From Escherichia phage 310Ecol104PP: DNA of 64,000 nt. Numbering within the stretch: the first letter of the stretch is position 1; every line of letters begins with the position of its first letter. A program made the translations under genes and the position numbers. Location: the sequence record OR062946.1. One strand, written 5' to 3'. The notes beneath the pieces were generated by a model. The model had not been told where the DNA came from, made no database searches, and saw nothing but the letters and a program-made list of their open reading frames with translations. Shown here piece after piece: positions 1 to 9,379 of the stretch.

Positions 1-396
1 TATGGTGAAACTGGTAAATCTCAATATGCTGCTGAAATAAAGGGGTATTTAGATGATTGGTATCGTTCTACGTTAATTGAACCTTTATCTCCGGAAGACG
101 CAGCTAAAAATAAAACACTATTTGAGAAAATGACATCGAGTTTAACTAACGTTCTAGTAGTTTCAAACCCGACAATTTGGATGGTGAAAAACTTTGGTGC
201 AACATCTAAGTTTGATGGAAAAACGGAAATATTTGGCCCATGCCAAATACAGAGCATCAGATTTGATAAAACACCTAATGGTAACTTTAACGGATTAGCT
301 ATTGCTCCAAACCTCCCTAGTACATTTACTCTTGAGATTACTATGAGAGAAATTATTACGTTAAACCGTGCTTCTTTATATGCGGGGACTTTTTAA
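1..396 (+). CDS. 48: baseplate tail-tube cap protein gp48, C-terminal part (start lies upstream of window)
   Basis: Open frame from position 1 with no stop until 394-396; sits immediately upstream of gene 54 as in T4; stop overlaps the gene 54 ATG by 1 nt. Confidence 0.6.
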   Translation, partial: YGETGKSQYAAEIKGYLDDWYRSTLIEPLSPEDAAKNKTLFEKMTSSLTNVLVVSNPTIWMVKNFGATSKFDGKTEIFGPCQIQSIRFDKTPNGNFNGLAIAPNLPSTFTLEITMREIITLNRASLYAGTF

Positions 397-1361
397 TGTA
401 TTCTTTAGAGGAATTTAATAATCAAGCAATAAACGCAGATTTCCAACGTAATAATATGTTTAGCTGCGTTTTTGCAACAACTCCATCAACTAAAAGCTCT
501 TCGTTGATAAGTTCAATTAGCAACTTTTCTTATAATAACTTGGGCCTAAATTCAGATTGGTTAGGATTAACTCAAGGTGATATTAATCAGGGAATTACTA
601 CGCTAATTACAGCTGGCACACAAAAACTGATAAGAAAATCAGGGGTTAGTAAATATCTTATTGGTGCCATGAGTCAACGTACAGTTCAAAGTTTATTAGG
701 CTCATTTACAGTTGGTACATATTTAATTGACTTCTTTAACATGGCATATAACTCATCTGGATTGATGATATACTCTGTAAAAATGCCAGAGAATAGATTA
801 TCCTATGAAACTGACTGGAACTACAATTCTCCTAATATTCGCATAACCGGGAGAGAATTAGACCCTTTGGTTATTTCATTTAGAATGGATTCAGAAGCTT
901 GTAACTATCGTGCAATGCAAGACTGGGTTAACTCCGTTCAAGACCCAGTAACTGGATTACGTGCTTTGCCACAAGATGTCGAGGCAGATATTCAGGTTAA
1001 TCTTCATTCTCGTAATGGATTACCTCATACTGCGGTGATGTTCACTGGATGCATTCCAATATCAGTGAGCGCTCCTGAGTTATCATATGATGGAGATAAC
1101 CAAATAACTACATTTGACGTTACTTTTGCGTATAGAGTGATGCAGGCTGGAGCAGTTGATAGGCAAGCTGCGCTTGAATGGCTTGAATCTGCTGCTATAA
1201 ATGGTATTCAAAGCGTTCTCGGAAATAGTGGAGGTGTTACTGGACTATCTAATTCGCTTTCACGACTCAGTAGATTAGGGGGAACTGCAGGAAGCATTTC
1301 AAACATTAATACTATGACAGGAATTGTCAATTCGCAAAGTAAAATATTAGGAGCAATATAA
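396..1361 (+). CDS. 54: baseplate tail-tube initiator gp54
   Basis: 321 aa ORF matching length and position of T4 gp54 (320 aa); late-gene orientation; followed by hairpin terminator. Confidence 0.8.
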   Translation: MYSLEEFNNQAINADFQRNNMFSCVFATTPSTKSSSLISSISNFSYNNLGLNSDWLGLTQGDINQGITTLITAGTQKLIRKSGVSKYLIGAMSQRTVQSLLGSFTVGTYLIDFFNMAYNSSGLMIYSVKMPENRLSYETDWNYNSPNIRITGRELDPLVISFRMDSEACNYRAMQDWVNSVQDPVTGLRALPQDVEADIQVNLHSRNGLPHTAVMFTGCIPISVSAPELSYDGDNQITTFDVTFAYRVMQAGAVDRQAALEWLESAAINGIQSVLGNSGGVTGLSNSLSRLSRLGGTAGSISNINTMTGIVNSQSKILGAI

Positions 1362-1365
1362 CAAT

Positions 1366-1383
1366 GGGGACCTTTCGGTCCCC
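1366..1383. terminator. hairpin GGGGACC-TTTC-GGTCCCC followed by T-run, between convergent gene 54 and minus-strand ORF
   Basis: Perfect 7 bp inverted repeat with 4 nt loop, T-rich tract downstream on plus strand. Confidence 0.6.
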
Positions 1384-1389
1384 ATATTT

Positions 1390-1680
1390 TTATTTACGGA
1401 ATGAAATAAAAGCAGCAACTGAAGCAACTAAACTGTCTTCAATATAAACCTCAATTTTTACCGGAGCTTCTGACTCAAATTTACCTGTTACTACACCTTG
1501 GAAAATACTTTCAGTCTGTTCTGGCTTTAAAAAATTTTCAGAAGGAAAAATTCCGAACTTTTTATCTGTTCCAAAAATTTTGATAAATTCATCGTAAACT
1601 GCTTCATTAAAAGCATTATCAGCAGGAATAACGCCTTCAACTACAAGTTCTTGACCTAAAAAGCGCAAAGAAGATTTCAT
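1390..1680 (-). CDS. hypothetical protein (position of T4 alt-adjacent small ORF)
   Basis: 96 aa ORF; GAGGA Shine-Dalgarno upstream of ATG; early promoter just upstream. Confidence 0.55.
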   Translation of the reverse strand: MKSSLRFLGQELVVEGVIPADNAFNEAVYDEFIKIFGTDKKFGIFPSENFLKPEQTESIFQGVVTGKFESEAPVKIEVYIEDSLVASVAAFISFRK

Positions 1681-1711
1681 TTTGTGTTCCTCATGTTATG
1701 TCAGTAAGACT

Positions 1712-1741
1712 ACTATAACACAACACGAGGGACTTGTAAAC
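1712..1741 (-). promoter_or_regulatory. T4-type early promoter (minus strand: GTTTAC -35, TATAGT -10)
   Basis: Reverse complement reads GTTTAC, spacer of about 18, TATAGT; near-identical copy at 17013-17042. Confidence 0.5.
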
Positions 1742-3798
1742 TACATCTTGAACTTTTTAGACATTCCGTTGATGTTAATCAAAGAAGCCAAGATTTGAGA
1801 AACTTCGTTTTCCTCTTCTTTTGATTCTTCTACAAGGAATTGATTAAATCCAGCCATTGGACGAACTTCACCAGTTTCCATTAAATGGTCGCCATCATAT
1901 ACTGATTCTTCTAATTGTTCAGAAGGAGGAACGATTGTACCTTCGATTAGATACTTGTTATAAGCAGTTTCTTTCATAAAGTACGTACTTACTTTATTAA
2001 TCTTCAGTAAAATTCCACGCGGTAGAATAACTTCAGCTTCTGATGGAAATCCTGATAAATGACCTGGAACGATAACTTTGATTCGCTCAGCTCCTTTAAT
2101 TACCATACCCACGCTAGTTTCAGCATCTTCAATGGCATATGTAGAATGACTACCCATATGCATTAAATCTTCTGCATCAACGGAACCTTCTCCTTCGCCA
2201 GAAAATACTGCGCCGGAATCATCTAGAGCCATATAGTTTTTACCATGCTCACCGAAGATATTTGGTTTAAGTGATGTCGATACGAAGTTCTTGAAATAGA
2301 ACATTTTGTTTTCAATGTTATGACGCAAAGTTTTAAAGGTAACTTCTTGTCCACGGTAAAGTGTAGTTCCTGGAGGAAGAACTGATCCTTTGGCAAAGGC
2401 AGAATCCAACGTCTCGATGTGCTTAATAGCTCGTTCCATATATTCTTCACGGGTAGAATCTGGTTTACCCAAAAGGAACGAGTTCATTTCAACATATGAA
2501 TCTGCACAATAATCTTCAATTACATCAGATTCAGCTTGGGTTAATCCTTTTGGAGTTACTTCGGTGCTTGCGTATTCATATGCCTGGGCAGCAGATTCAT
2601 TAATCAATTTATAAATGCCATTCATGACAAATTGAATAATAGCTGTCTTTTCATCTGGCGTAGCTTTAGAACCTTTAACTAAATCATTAATAATTTTCTT
2701 AATAACATCAAAGCTATTAGAAATATTAATGTCAGCAAGATCGCTTAAAATTTTATCAGTTTTATAATCAAAGAATTCTTTATTCTTTAAATATTCTTGA
2801 GAACCTTGATATGTTATATCGCTCTGCAACTTGATAGATGGATCACGTAAACGTGCATGGGCTAATGCAATATGATTTCGGAAGTTTTCTAGTTCGTAAT
2901 CGCTAGATTTAAAACGAGAAGCACTTCTCATACCACCAATAGCTCCTTTGCTGAAGTTTGAACCAATCTGAATAACGCCAGAGTTCATTGGTCCTTCTGC
3001 TTTATACACCGGAACTTTAGATTCAAACTCTTGATATTTCTTAGCAGCGAAGCTATCACCATGAAGTGAAGCATCGACAGTAGAATATTGAGCTTGTGCT
3101 GCTAATCGACGACTAATTTTAGTTTTCTGAATAACAGCTTGATCAGTGCGCTTATCATTTTCTAAAGCAATAGAAGCAGCAACAGCGACAGCTTTAGGAA
3201 CAGCATTACCTGTTTTAACGTCTACATAAACATCACCAACCTTTGATTCAACTTTTGTGAATAACTCAGTTGAAATAGGAGGTACACCTGGAATGTCTTC
3301 TAAATTGGCATTTTTACGGTAAACCATAATATATGCATATTTCTTATCATAGTCCCAGATTTCCTTTAAGAGAACATATCGACCTGCTCCTTTAGTACGT
3401 ACTAAACGGTCAGCAATAACTTGCATTTGACGAGCTGCGCCATTTGTTTTACTCTTTAGTACGCGGAATAGGCATGCGTCGATTTTATACTGTTTCATTG
3501 TTTGAAGAGCAGTATCAAAAACAGCATTAATGACGCCAATTGGATTTCCACCCAAGTTTCTAAGCTTAACCAGCGATAATTTCTCGTTGACACCTATCAT
3601 TACGATATGCATCATTTTATCGCCCGGCTTAACGTTTTTATTTGTATCACCGCCAGAGGTGTATGTACAAAATCTAAATCCAGGAAGCACGCTTTCTTCA
3701 CCGGCTTGAATAGCAAAAATTTGAGGTATTTTATGCTTAGGATTTAAGTTAACAACCGGCGCCGAAGCGCCGTCAAATAATTCTGTAATAAGTTCCAT
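1741..3798 (-). CDS. alt: Alt-family ADP-ribosyltransferase (paralog A)
   Basis: 685 aa; N-terminus MELITELFD...; ART signature YRGQ...STSL...EAEVILP in C-terminal third; T4 Alt is 682 aa at this map position. Confidence 0.8.
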   Translation of the reverse strand: MELITELFDGASAPVVNLNPKHKIPQIFAIQAGEESVLPGFRFCTYTSGGDTNKNVKPGDKMMHIVMIGVNEKLSLVKLRNLGGNPIGVINAVFDTALQTMKQYKIDACLFRVLKSKTNGAARQMQVIADRLVRTKGAGRYVLLKEIWDYDKKYAYIMVYRKNANLEDIPGVPPISTELFTKVESKVGDVYVDVKTGNAVPKAVAVAASIALENDKRTDQAVIQKTKISRRLAAQAQYSTVDASLHGDSFAAKKYQEFESKVPVYKAEGPMNSGVIQIGSNFSKGAIGGMRSASRFKSSDYELENFRNHIALAHARLRDPSIKLQSDITYQGSQEYLKNKEFFDYKTDKILSDLADINISNSFDVIKKIINDLVKGSKATPDEKTAIIQFVMNGIYKLINESAAQAYEYASTEVTPKGLTQAESDVIEDYCADSYVEMNSFLLGKPDSTREEYMERAIKHIETLDSAFAKGSVLPPGTTLYRGQEVTFKTLRHNIENKMFYFKNFVSTSLKPNIFGEHGKNYMALDDSGAVFSGEGEGSVDAEDLMHMGSHSTYAIEDAETSVGMVIKGAERIKVIVPGHLSGFPSEAEVILPRGILLKINKVSTYFMKETAYNKYLIEGTIVPPSEQLEESVYDGDHLMETGEVRPMAGFNQFLVEESKEEENEVSQILASLININGMSKKFKM

Positions 3799-3801
3799 GA
3801 T

Positions 3802-5898
3802 TTATCCTTGAACGAACTTGTAAGGCATGTTTGTAATATCTATGCAAGACGCAATAATTCCAAGAGATGATTCTACTTTCTGTTTAATATTTGATGAAAC
3901 AAATGATGCAAAGTCAACTCTGTCTTCTATTTCAATATCACCTGTCATTGCAACTACTTCGCCGGTTTCCATTAAATGGTCTCCGTCATAGATTACCGAT
4001 TCAGTGAGTTCTTCTGTGGTCATAACTTCAGCTTGAATGAGTTTTGTATTATTAGACGTGGTTCCGTCATTATTAGAAGCATCAGTTATTTTATTAACTT
4101 TAACCATCAATCCGCGCGGTAGAATAACTTCAGCTTCTGTTGCTATTCCGAGACTTCCTGGATATACAACATTAACTTTATGAGCTCCATCAATTGCCCA
4201 TCCTATTTGAACTTTAACGTATTCAGGATTTTCTTTATACGCTCTTATTTCGTTTGGATTAATAGTTATTCCTTCTTCATTTTTATCAACCGTTAATTCG
4301 TTACGAGCTTCTGGTTCTAAAAGACCAATACCAGCATGTGTAATTCCAAAACGCCCAAAAATGATAGGAGTTAAAGAAGTAGATACAAAATTTCTGAAAT
4401 AGAACACTTTATTTTTAACTAGTGCTTCGTATATAGGAGCAGTCATACTTTGAGCACGATAAACTGTGATGCCTTCCGGTATGCGGTCACCATTTTCAAA
4501 AGCTGAATCTAAGTTATTTATAGCAGATTCAATTTCTTTTTCACTCATTACATCATATCGTTCTGGATTGTAACGACCTAAAAGAAGATTATTAATGTCA
4601 GTATATCCTGAACCACAATACTCTCTAATGCCGCGCTTTTGTGATGGAGTATATTTAGAACCATCACGGGCAATAGTAATATCAATCATTGGACCTGCAC
4701 CAATTCCAGAAAAACTATAAATCATTCTTTTGAGGAATTTAGTTTTTGCTGCGTTCCAGGAATTTTTAGTCATTTCTTCCCAGACTTCATCTGGCTGCCC
4801 TTTACGAGTTTTATTATGTTTATCAAGCCAATTATCTTTATATTCTTCAAAGAGTTGATTAACAGCTGCTGCGTATTTCTCTAAACATTTTATTGAAGTA
4901 GTTGGTTCATTTTTAATCGCATTAAGAATTACATCTTTAATTTTTTCAGAAACTTCATTAACCTCACTTTTTGAAAAGAATTTATAGTCATAATGAAGTT
5001 CATTCGCAGTTCCTTCGGCAATAATTTTTGCTGCCTTAGTTTTAGAAGCTAATGAATTAATTCCAAGCTTCATTTCTTCTGCTTCGGGAATTAAAGGAGC
5101 GGTAGCAGGTTTATTGAAATTAGCTGCGGTAGATTCATACTTCTGGAATAATTCACTTTCAAATCTAGAAGATTCCAATGATTGACTTTGCGCAATTGCT
5201 CTACGGGAAATTTTAACTTTAACGATTACAGCTTGGTCAGAACGTTTATCATTTTCTTGTGCAATAGATGCTGCAATTGCCTCATTTTTAGTTACTTGAG
5301 CTCCAGTATCTTTATTGATATAAACATCGCCGACTTTCGATTCAACTTTAGTAAAGAGCTCGGTACTAATTTCCGGAACTCCTGGAATGTCTTCTAGTGA
5401 TACATTTTTGCGATGTATAAGAATATATGCATACTTTTTATCATAATCCCAGAGTTCCTTAAGAAGGACGTATCTGCCACCTGAACGACTACGGATAAGT
5501 CTATCAGCAATAACTTGAATTTGTCGAGCTTGACCAGCGGTTTTAGACTTAAGAATACGAAGCATACAAGCATCAATTTTATACTGACGCATTGTTTGCA
5601 TTGCAACAGTAAAAACTGAATTGATATAATTAATTGGGCTTGGACCGAGACCTTTTAATTTAGCAATTGAACCTTTGGCAGTTAATGTAAAAGGAACAAT
5701 ATGCATCATTTTATCGCCCATCTTTAAATCGCGATTAGTATCACCTCCAGATGTATAGGTGCATAAACGAAAGCCTGGTTGTTCAATTGCATCATCAACA
5801 CGAACTGAAAAAATTTGCGGTATTTTCTTCTTTGGATTTAAGTTTGTAATCGGAAGAGTAGTATCTTCGTCAAATAATTCTGTAATAAGTTCCATCAT
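3802..5898 (-). CDS. Alt-family ADP-ribosyltransferase (paralog B)
   Basis: 698 aa; shares about 230 aa N-terminal region and the YRAQ...STSL...EAEVILP motifs with paralog A but has a diverged central region; late promoter TATAAATA about 20 nt upstream. Confidence 0.8.
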   Translation of the reverse strand: MMELITELFDEDTTLPITNLNPKKKIPQIFSVRVDDAIEQPGFRLCTYTSGGDTNRDLKMGDKMMHIVPFTLTAKGSIAKLKGLGPSPINYINSVFTVAMQTMRQYKIDACMLRILKSKTAGQARQIQVIADRLIRSRSGGRYVLLKELWDYDKKYAYILIHRKNVSLEDIPGVPEISTELFTKVESKVGDVYINKDTGAQVTKNEAIAASIAQENDKRSDQAVIVKVKISRRAIAQSQSLESSRFESELFQKYESTAANFNKPATAPLIPEAEEMKLGINSLASKTKAAKIIAEGTANELHYDYKFFSKSEVNEVSEKIKDVILNAIKNEPTTSIKCLEKYAAAVNQLFEEYKDNWLDKHNKTRKGQPDEVWEEMTKNSWNAAKTKFLKRMIYSFSGIGAGPMIDITIARDGSKYTPSQKRGIREYCGSGYTDINNLLLGRYNPERYDVMSEKEIESAINNLDSAFENGDRIPEGITVYRAQSMTAPIYEALVKNKVFYFRNFVSTSLTPIIFGRFGITHAGIGLLEPEARNELTVDKNEEGITINPNEIRAYKENPEYVKVQIGWAIDGAHKVNVVYPGSLGIATEAEVILPRGLMVKVNKITDASNNDGTTSNNTKLIQAEVMTTEELTESVIYDGDHLMETGEVVAMTGDIEIEDRVDFASFVSSNIKQKVESSLGIIASCIDITNMPYKFVQG

Positions 5899-5918
5899 AG
5901 CCTCTCTAGTGTTTATTC

Positions 5919-5926
5919 TATTTATA
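5919..5926 (-). promoter_or_regulatory. T4 late promoter TATAAATA (minus strand) upstream of Alt paralog B
   Basis: Plus-strand tatttata; reverse complement is the late-promoter consensus; about 20 nt upstream of start codon. Confidence 0.6.
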
Positions 5927-5931
5927 AAATT

Positions 5932-5949
5932 AAAGGCCCGAAGGCCTTT
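5932..5949 (-). terminator. hairpin AAAGGCC-CGAA-GGCCTTT (C(UUCG)G tetraloop on minus-strand RNA)
   Basis: Perfect palindrome; identical 18-mer recurs at 53486-53503. Confidence 0.55.
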
Positions 5950-6136
5950 AATAATCTATTGGTAAGAGAGTACGATATATTTCAAACTTTGGACCTTTTT
6001 CATAAGCATCAAAAGTTTCTGTGAATTTATTATAAGCATATGCATCTATAAATTCAATCATGATTTGTGATACAGAAGTAGAAACATCTCCACCTTCTTT
6101 TTGAGCCACGACAATTGTTTCTAAGTAAGCTTTCAT
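5948..6136 (-). CDS. hypothetical protein, 62 aa
   Basis: ORF overlapping gene 30 stop; operon context. Confidence 0.45.
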   Translation of the reverse strand: MKAYLETIVVAQKEGGDVSTSVSQIMIEFIDAYAYNKFTETFDAYEKGPKFEIYRTLLPIDY

Positions 6137-7596
6137 AGACCAGTTACCTCATGAAAATCACCAAATACATCTTCGAATGTATTAGCTTTAGTTTTATCTT
6201 CACGTAAACGAATCGCAATCGGAAGAAATAATTTAACGTAATCAGTGCGGCCATCGGATTTTAACCAACCGTTGCATTCGCACTCTAGAATTTTTCCAAT
6301 ATAATAATTTTGGTTTTCCATAATGCGAGTACGGTCAAGTTCATGTGATTTTACACCGGCTTTATCTTTTAAGCCTGAACCAGCATTTACTTTAATTTTT
6401 CCACACTCTGATTCAAGAATAAATCCACCTGCTTTAGTAGGGTCTTTACGGTGAGGATAAATTCCTACAATTTTTAAATCAACATCAATTACTTCTTTAA
6501 ATTTATAGAGATTTTTTGAACGAGCATTTTCCCACAATCCATCGGTATTTTTGAGAATAATACCTTCAAGACCTTGGTCAATATACTTTTTATAAATTAC
6601 CTTAGCTTCATCTAGGTTATTTACTACCTGGTTTTCAATTAAAATTACTTTATCATATCCTGATGTCATTTGTTCTAGTTTAGAAAAACGTACATCATAT
6701 TTTAAACGAAATGCTGGAAGACCGTATATTTCTACCAACGGAACATAATCCCAGACCTGAAACTTCATGCATTGAGCTTCTTTTTCTGAAATAGTTCCCT
6801 TTAAAGATTTATTAGCGATTCCATTAGAAGTAGTACGTGATTCAGCTACTTCAGCAAACTCTTTAGCTTTACTAATTTCAGGATAAGCATCAAAAAGAAA
6901 ATCTAGGCCTTCTGGCTCCTTTTTAACTTGCTCATGGTATACCAATTCGCCATCAATTAACACACCTTCTGGATGAATCTGGCGGGCTTCAGCGGTCATT
7001 TTGATTAACTCTTCCTTAAGAAGATCTAATCCTAGATATTCATTACCAGCTCGTGATAAAAGACGGACATCATCTAATTCATCACCTCTAACTTCAGCAA
7101 AACACCGAGCTCCATCTGCTTTTAATTGTGCAAAGGCTGGAAATTTGATATTCTTACTAATGCCTTTTTCATCATAAGAACTTGCGAGCATTTGAGGTTG
7201 TTCAGGAATTAAACCTGGCCAAACTTTGTTCGCAATAGATACTGAAGCGCCACATTCAAGATCTCGCATCATCACTCGACGCAAAACTTCAACATCATCT
7301 TTTTTACCATCGGTGATGTATCCAGTTAATTCCTCAATTGCAGCATTTCCAGTCAATTTCCGAGTAGCTAACGTGAATTCAATGAAGTCAAGCATATCGG
7401 TAATAGTCAGCATTCCAAAACTCTGGGTAGCAATACCAGGTTTAGGCCATTTCTTTATATAATACTGTAACCCACGAGAATAAGTCAGACGATATACTCG
7501 TTTAAGCAATTCATTATCTTTATTCTTTTCAAGAATTGCTTGCTTCTGCTTAGTTGAACCAATAGATGCTATTTCGTTCAGAATTTTAAGAATCAT
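6133..7596 (-). CDS. 30: ATP-dependent DNA ligase gp30
   Basis: 487 aa, same length as T4 DNA ligase; KxDG-type adenylation lysine context (FAQLKADGARCF); map position between alt and rIII. Confidence 0.9.
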   Translation of the reverse strand: MILKILNEIASIGSTKQKQAILEKNKDNELLKRVYRLTYSRGLQYYIKKWPKPGIATQSFGMLTITDMLDFIEFTLATRKLTGNAAIEELTGYITDGKKDDVEVLRRVMMRDLECGASVSIANKVWPGLIPEQPQMLASSYDEKGISKNIKFPAFAQLKADGARCFAEVRGDELDDVRLLSRAGNEYLGLDLLKEELIKMTAEARQIHPEGVLIDGELVYHEQVKKEPEGLDFLFDAYPEISKAKEFAEVAESRTTSNGIANKSLKGTISEKEAQCMKFQVWDYVPLVEIYGLPAFRLKYDVRFSKLEQMTSGYDKVILIENQVVNNLDEAKVIYKKYIDQGLEGIILKNTDGLWENARSKNLYKFKEVIDVDLKIVGIYPHRKDPTKAGGFILESECGKIKVNAGSGLKDKAGVKSHELDRTRIMENQNYYIGKILECECNGWLKSDGRTDYVKLFLPIAIRLREDKTKANTFEDVFGDFHEVTGL

Positions 7597-7862
7597 TGTT
7601 CATCCTTTAGAGTTTGGTTTACAGCTCTATTATAAATCAATTCATCATTAAGCTCAGTCAAAGACCTATGGTACGTGGTTCTAACTTTATTTCCTTGCAT
7701 CCAGTGTTTGACGTAAATGAAACCTTGCTCTACACATTTTTTAAAAATTCGTTCGTCTTTTTGAGCTCGGAATTCTGGATTGCATCTAAAAAATTGATTT
7801 ACGTGACCGTAATCACGTGTAGTATTACCTTCATTTTCATAAATAGTGTGAACGACAAACAT
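7593..7862 (-). CDS. hypothetical protein, 89 aa (T4 30.x region)
   Basis: ORF with ATGA-type overlap to gene 30. Confidence 0.5.
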   Translation of the reverse strand: MFVVHTIYENEGNTTRDYGHVNQFFRCNPEFRAQKDERIFKKCVEQGFIYVKHWMQGNKVRTTYHRSLTELNDELIYNRAVNQTLKDEQ

Positions 7863-8725
7863 TAGAATGCTCCTTGGAAAATATTATCACCACTAGTAAA
7901 TCTATTAAAATACCCTGCATCACCAGGCTTAGTATAACTCCACGTATGGAATGGATTCATATGATACGGGTGTGTATAATATGGATTATATGGATGTGTA
8001 TAATATGGATTATACGGATTAAATCCAGGAGTTCTCCAGGTAGTGTTCCAACGAAAAGAATCGTTTTTAACCATCTTCTCAATTACATCTTTTATAGCTT
8101 TTTCACTATCAAAACTTTCTTTATTTTCCTTCGGTGAAAAAAGCTTATTTTCTACATCATTCCATGTATAAACTCGCTGAGCGGTTTTTGGAATATTGTC
8201 ACGCTCTCCTCGCGCCATCCAATAAACAGGAACATTTAATATTTCACTCGCATGATCGCAGTGGTGAGCGAGATCGTCAATATAACAAATTACGTTATAT
8301 TTCTCTTTTGCCTTTTTGAACAACTCTTCTTTTGAAGAATCATGACCACACATCATTACTTCTGAGAAGGCACCAGGAAAAAGAGCATTCAAATTAAATT
8401 GACGATTCAACAGAGCGTCAATAGAATCACCCAACGCTGTAACAGCTACAAAATTATAATCTTCTTTTAATTTGTTAATTACGCACAGGGCGTCTTTATA
8501 TGGAGACAAATAACGAATAAAATCTGAACGATTGTATTTTTCAATTAACTTGACGCCAAGTTCTTCATCACAATTAAAGAGTTTACCCGGAGAAATAAAT
8601 TTCTCATCTTGAATCATTTTTAAAATATGTTCTAACGGAAGATTATATTTCTGAGCAAAATAAGGAAGGCCTGATTGCCAGCTTAAACATACTCCATCAA
8701 TATCAGTTAAAATAGTAGGCTTCAT
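7862..8725 (-). CDS. HAD-superfamily phosphatase-like protein with Tyr/Pro-rich C-terminal repeat
   Basis: N-terminal ILTDIDGV (DxDG motif I) and later YIDD motif; C-terminus NPYNPYYTHPYNPYYTHPY encoded by a tandem 24 bp repeat. Confidence 0.6.
   Translation of the reverse strand: MKPTILTDIDGVCLSWQSGLPYFAQKYNLPLEHILKMIQDEKFISPGKLFNCDEELGVKLIEKYNRSDFIRYLSPYKDALCVINKLKEDYNFVAVTALGDSIDALLNRQFNLNALFPGAFSEVMMCGHDSSKEELFKKAKEKYNVICYIDDLAHHCDHASEILNVPVYWMARGERDNIPKTAQRVYTWNDVENKLFSPKENKESFDSEKAIKDVIEKMVKNDSFRWNTTWRTPGFNPYNPYYTHPYNPYYTHPYHMNPFHTWSYTKPGDAGYFNRFTSGDNIFQGAF
7972..8019. repeat. 2 x 24 bp tandem direct repeat inside the HAD-like ORF
   Basis: gtgtataatatggattatatggat / gtgtataatatggattatacggat, one mismatch. 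Confidence 0.85.
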
Positions 8726-9186
8726 AGAGAGTCTCTTAATAGATTTAACACATCAATAAATTCAGCTTCGGTTAGTATTGTATCATCTTTTGTTAGACCA
8801 CTAGCCATGCTGTGCTTCAAAACTTTTCCTTTCGAGGCTTGTAATGCATCGCGAAAGCCCTTGTTTTGGAACGCTGCTTCAAAATATGCATTTGTGTATA
8901 ATTCTTTCCATGCTTCGGAATATCTTGAAAACGGAGTTCCAAGCCAGAACAACGTGCCACGGTCCTGAGCTCTAGCATAAGCTCGTCCAGCTTGTTGGGC
9001 GGCAAGCCCGGATAACCCAAATATACGACGCTGTTGTTCAACATTTTTCACCTTGCATCCTTGGAGGAATCCTTCGAGACCTCCAAATTGAATACCATCC
9101 ATAACGAAAGGCCATTGGGCGAAATTACTTAATGCGCATGATGGCCATCTAAAATTGCTTCTTATCTCTAGCTCAGACATTTTCAA
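8722..9186 (-). CDS. NADAR (YbiA-like, DUF1768) domain protein
   Basis: 154 aa; LSNFAQWPFVMDGIQF...EGFLQGCK resembles the FSNF..WP...DG...EHYFQAQK core of YbiA/NADAR proteins. Confidence 0.6.
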   Translation of the reverse strand: MKMSELEIRSNFRWPSCALSNFAQWPFVMDGIQFGGLEGFLQGCKVKNVEQQRRIFGLSGLAAQQAGRAYARAQDRGTLFWLGTPFSRYSEAWKELYTNAYFEAAFQNKGFRDALQASKGKVLKHSMASGLTKDDTILTEAEFIDVLNLLRDSL

Positions 9187-9379
9187 TACTTATAATTTCA
9201 ACATCAGCCCAATGACCATAGCAAGGAAGACGAAATTCAACTGGCCAGTTAGGGTCCTTTTCTAATATAATAGACTGAACTTGTGGCTCTTCATATTCAT
9301 CGGTATACGGACCTTTATACGTTACTTTATATGTGACCTTAATGTACTGAATTCCAAAAATCTTATTAATTATATTCAT
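9173..9379 (-). CDS. hypothetical protein, 68 aa
   Basis: ORF in tightly packed minus-strand operon. Confidence 0.45.
   Translation of the reverse strand: MNIINKIFGIQYIKVTYKVTYKGPYTDEYEEPQVQSIILEKDPNWPVEFRLPCYGHWADVEIISIENV

Noticed and set aside
2223-2450. 75 aa minus-strand ORF inside the alt gene
   Set aside because: Alternative frame within the alt coding region; no independent support.
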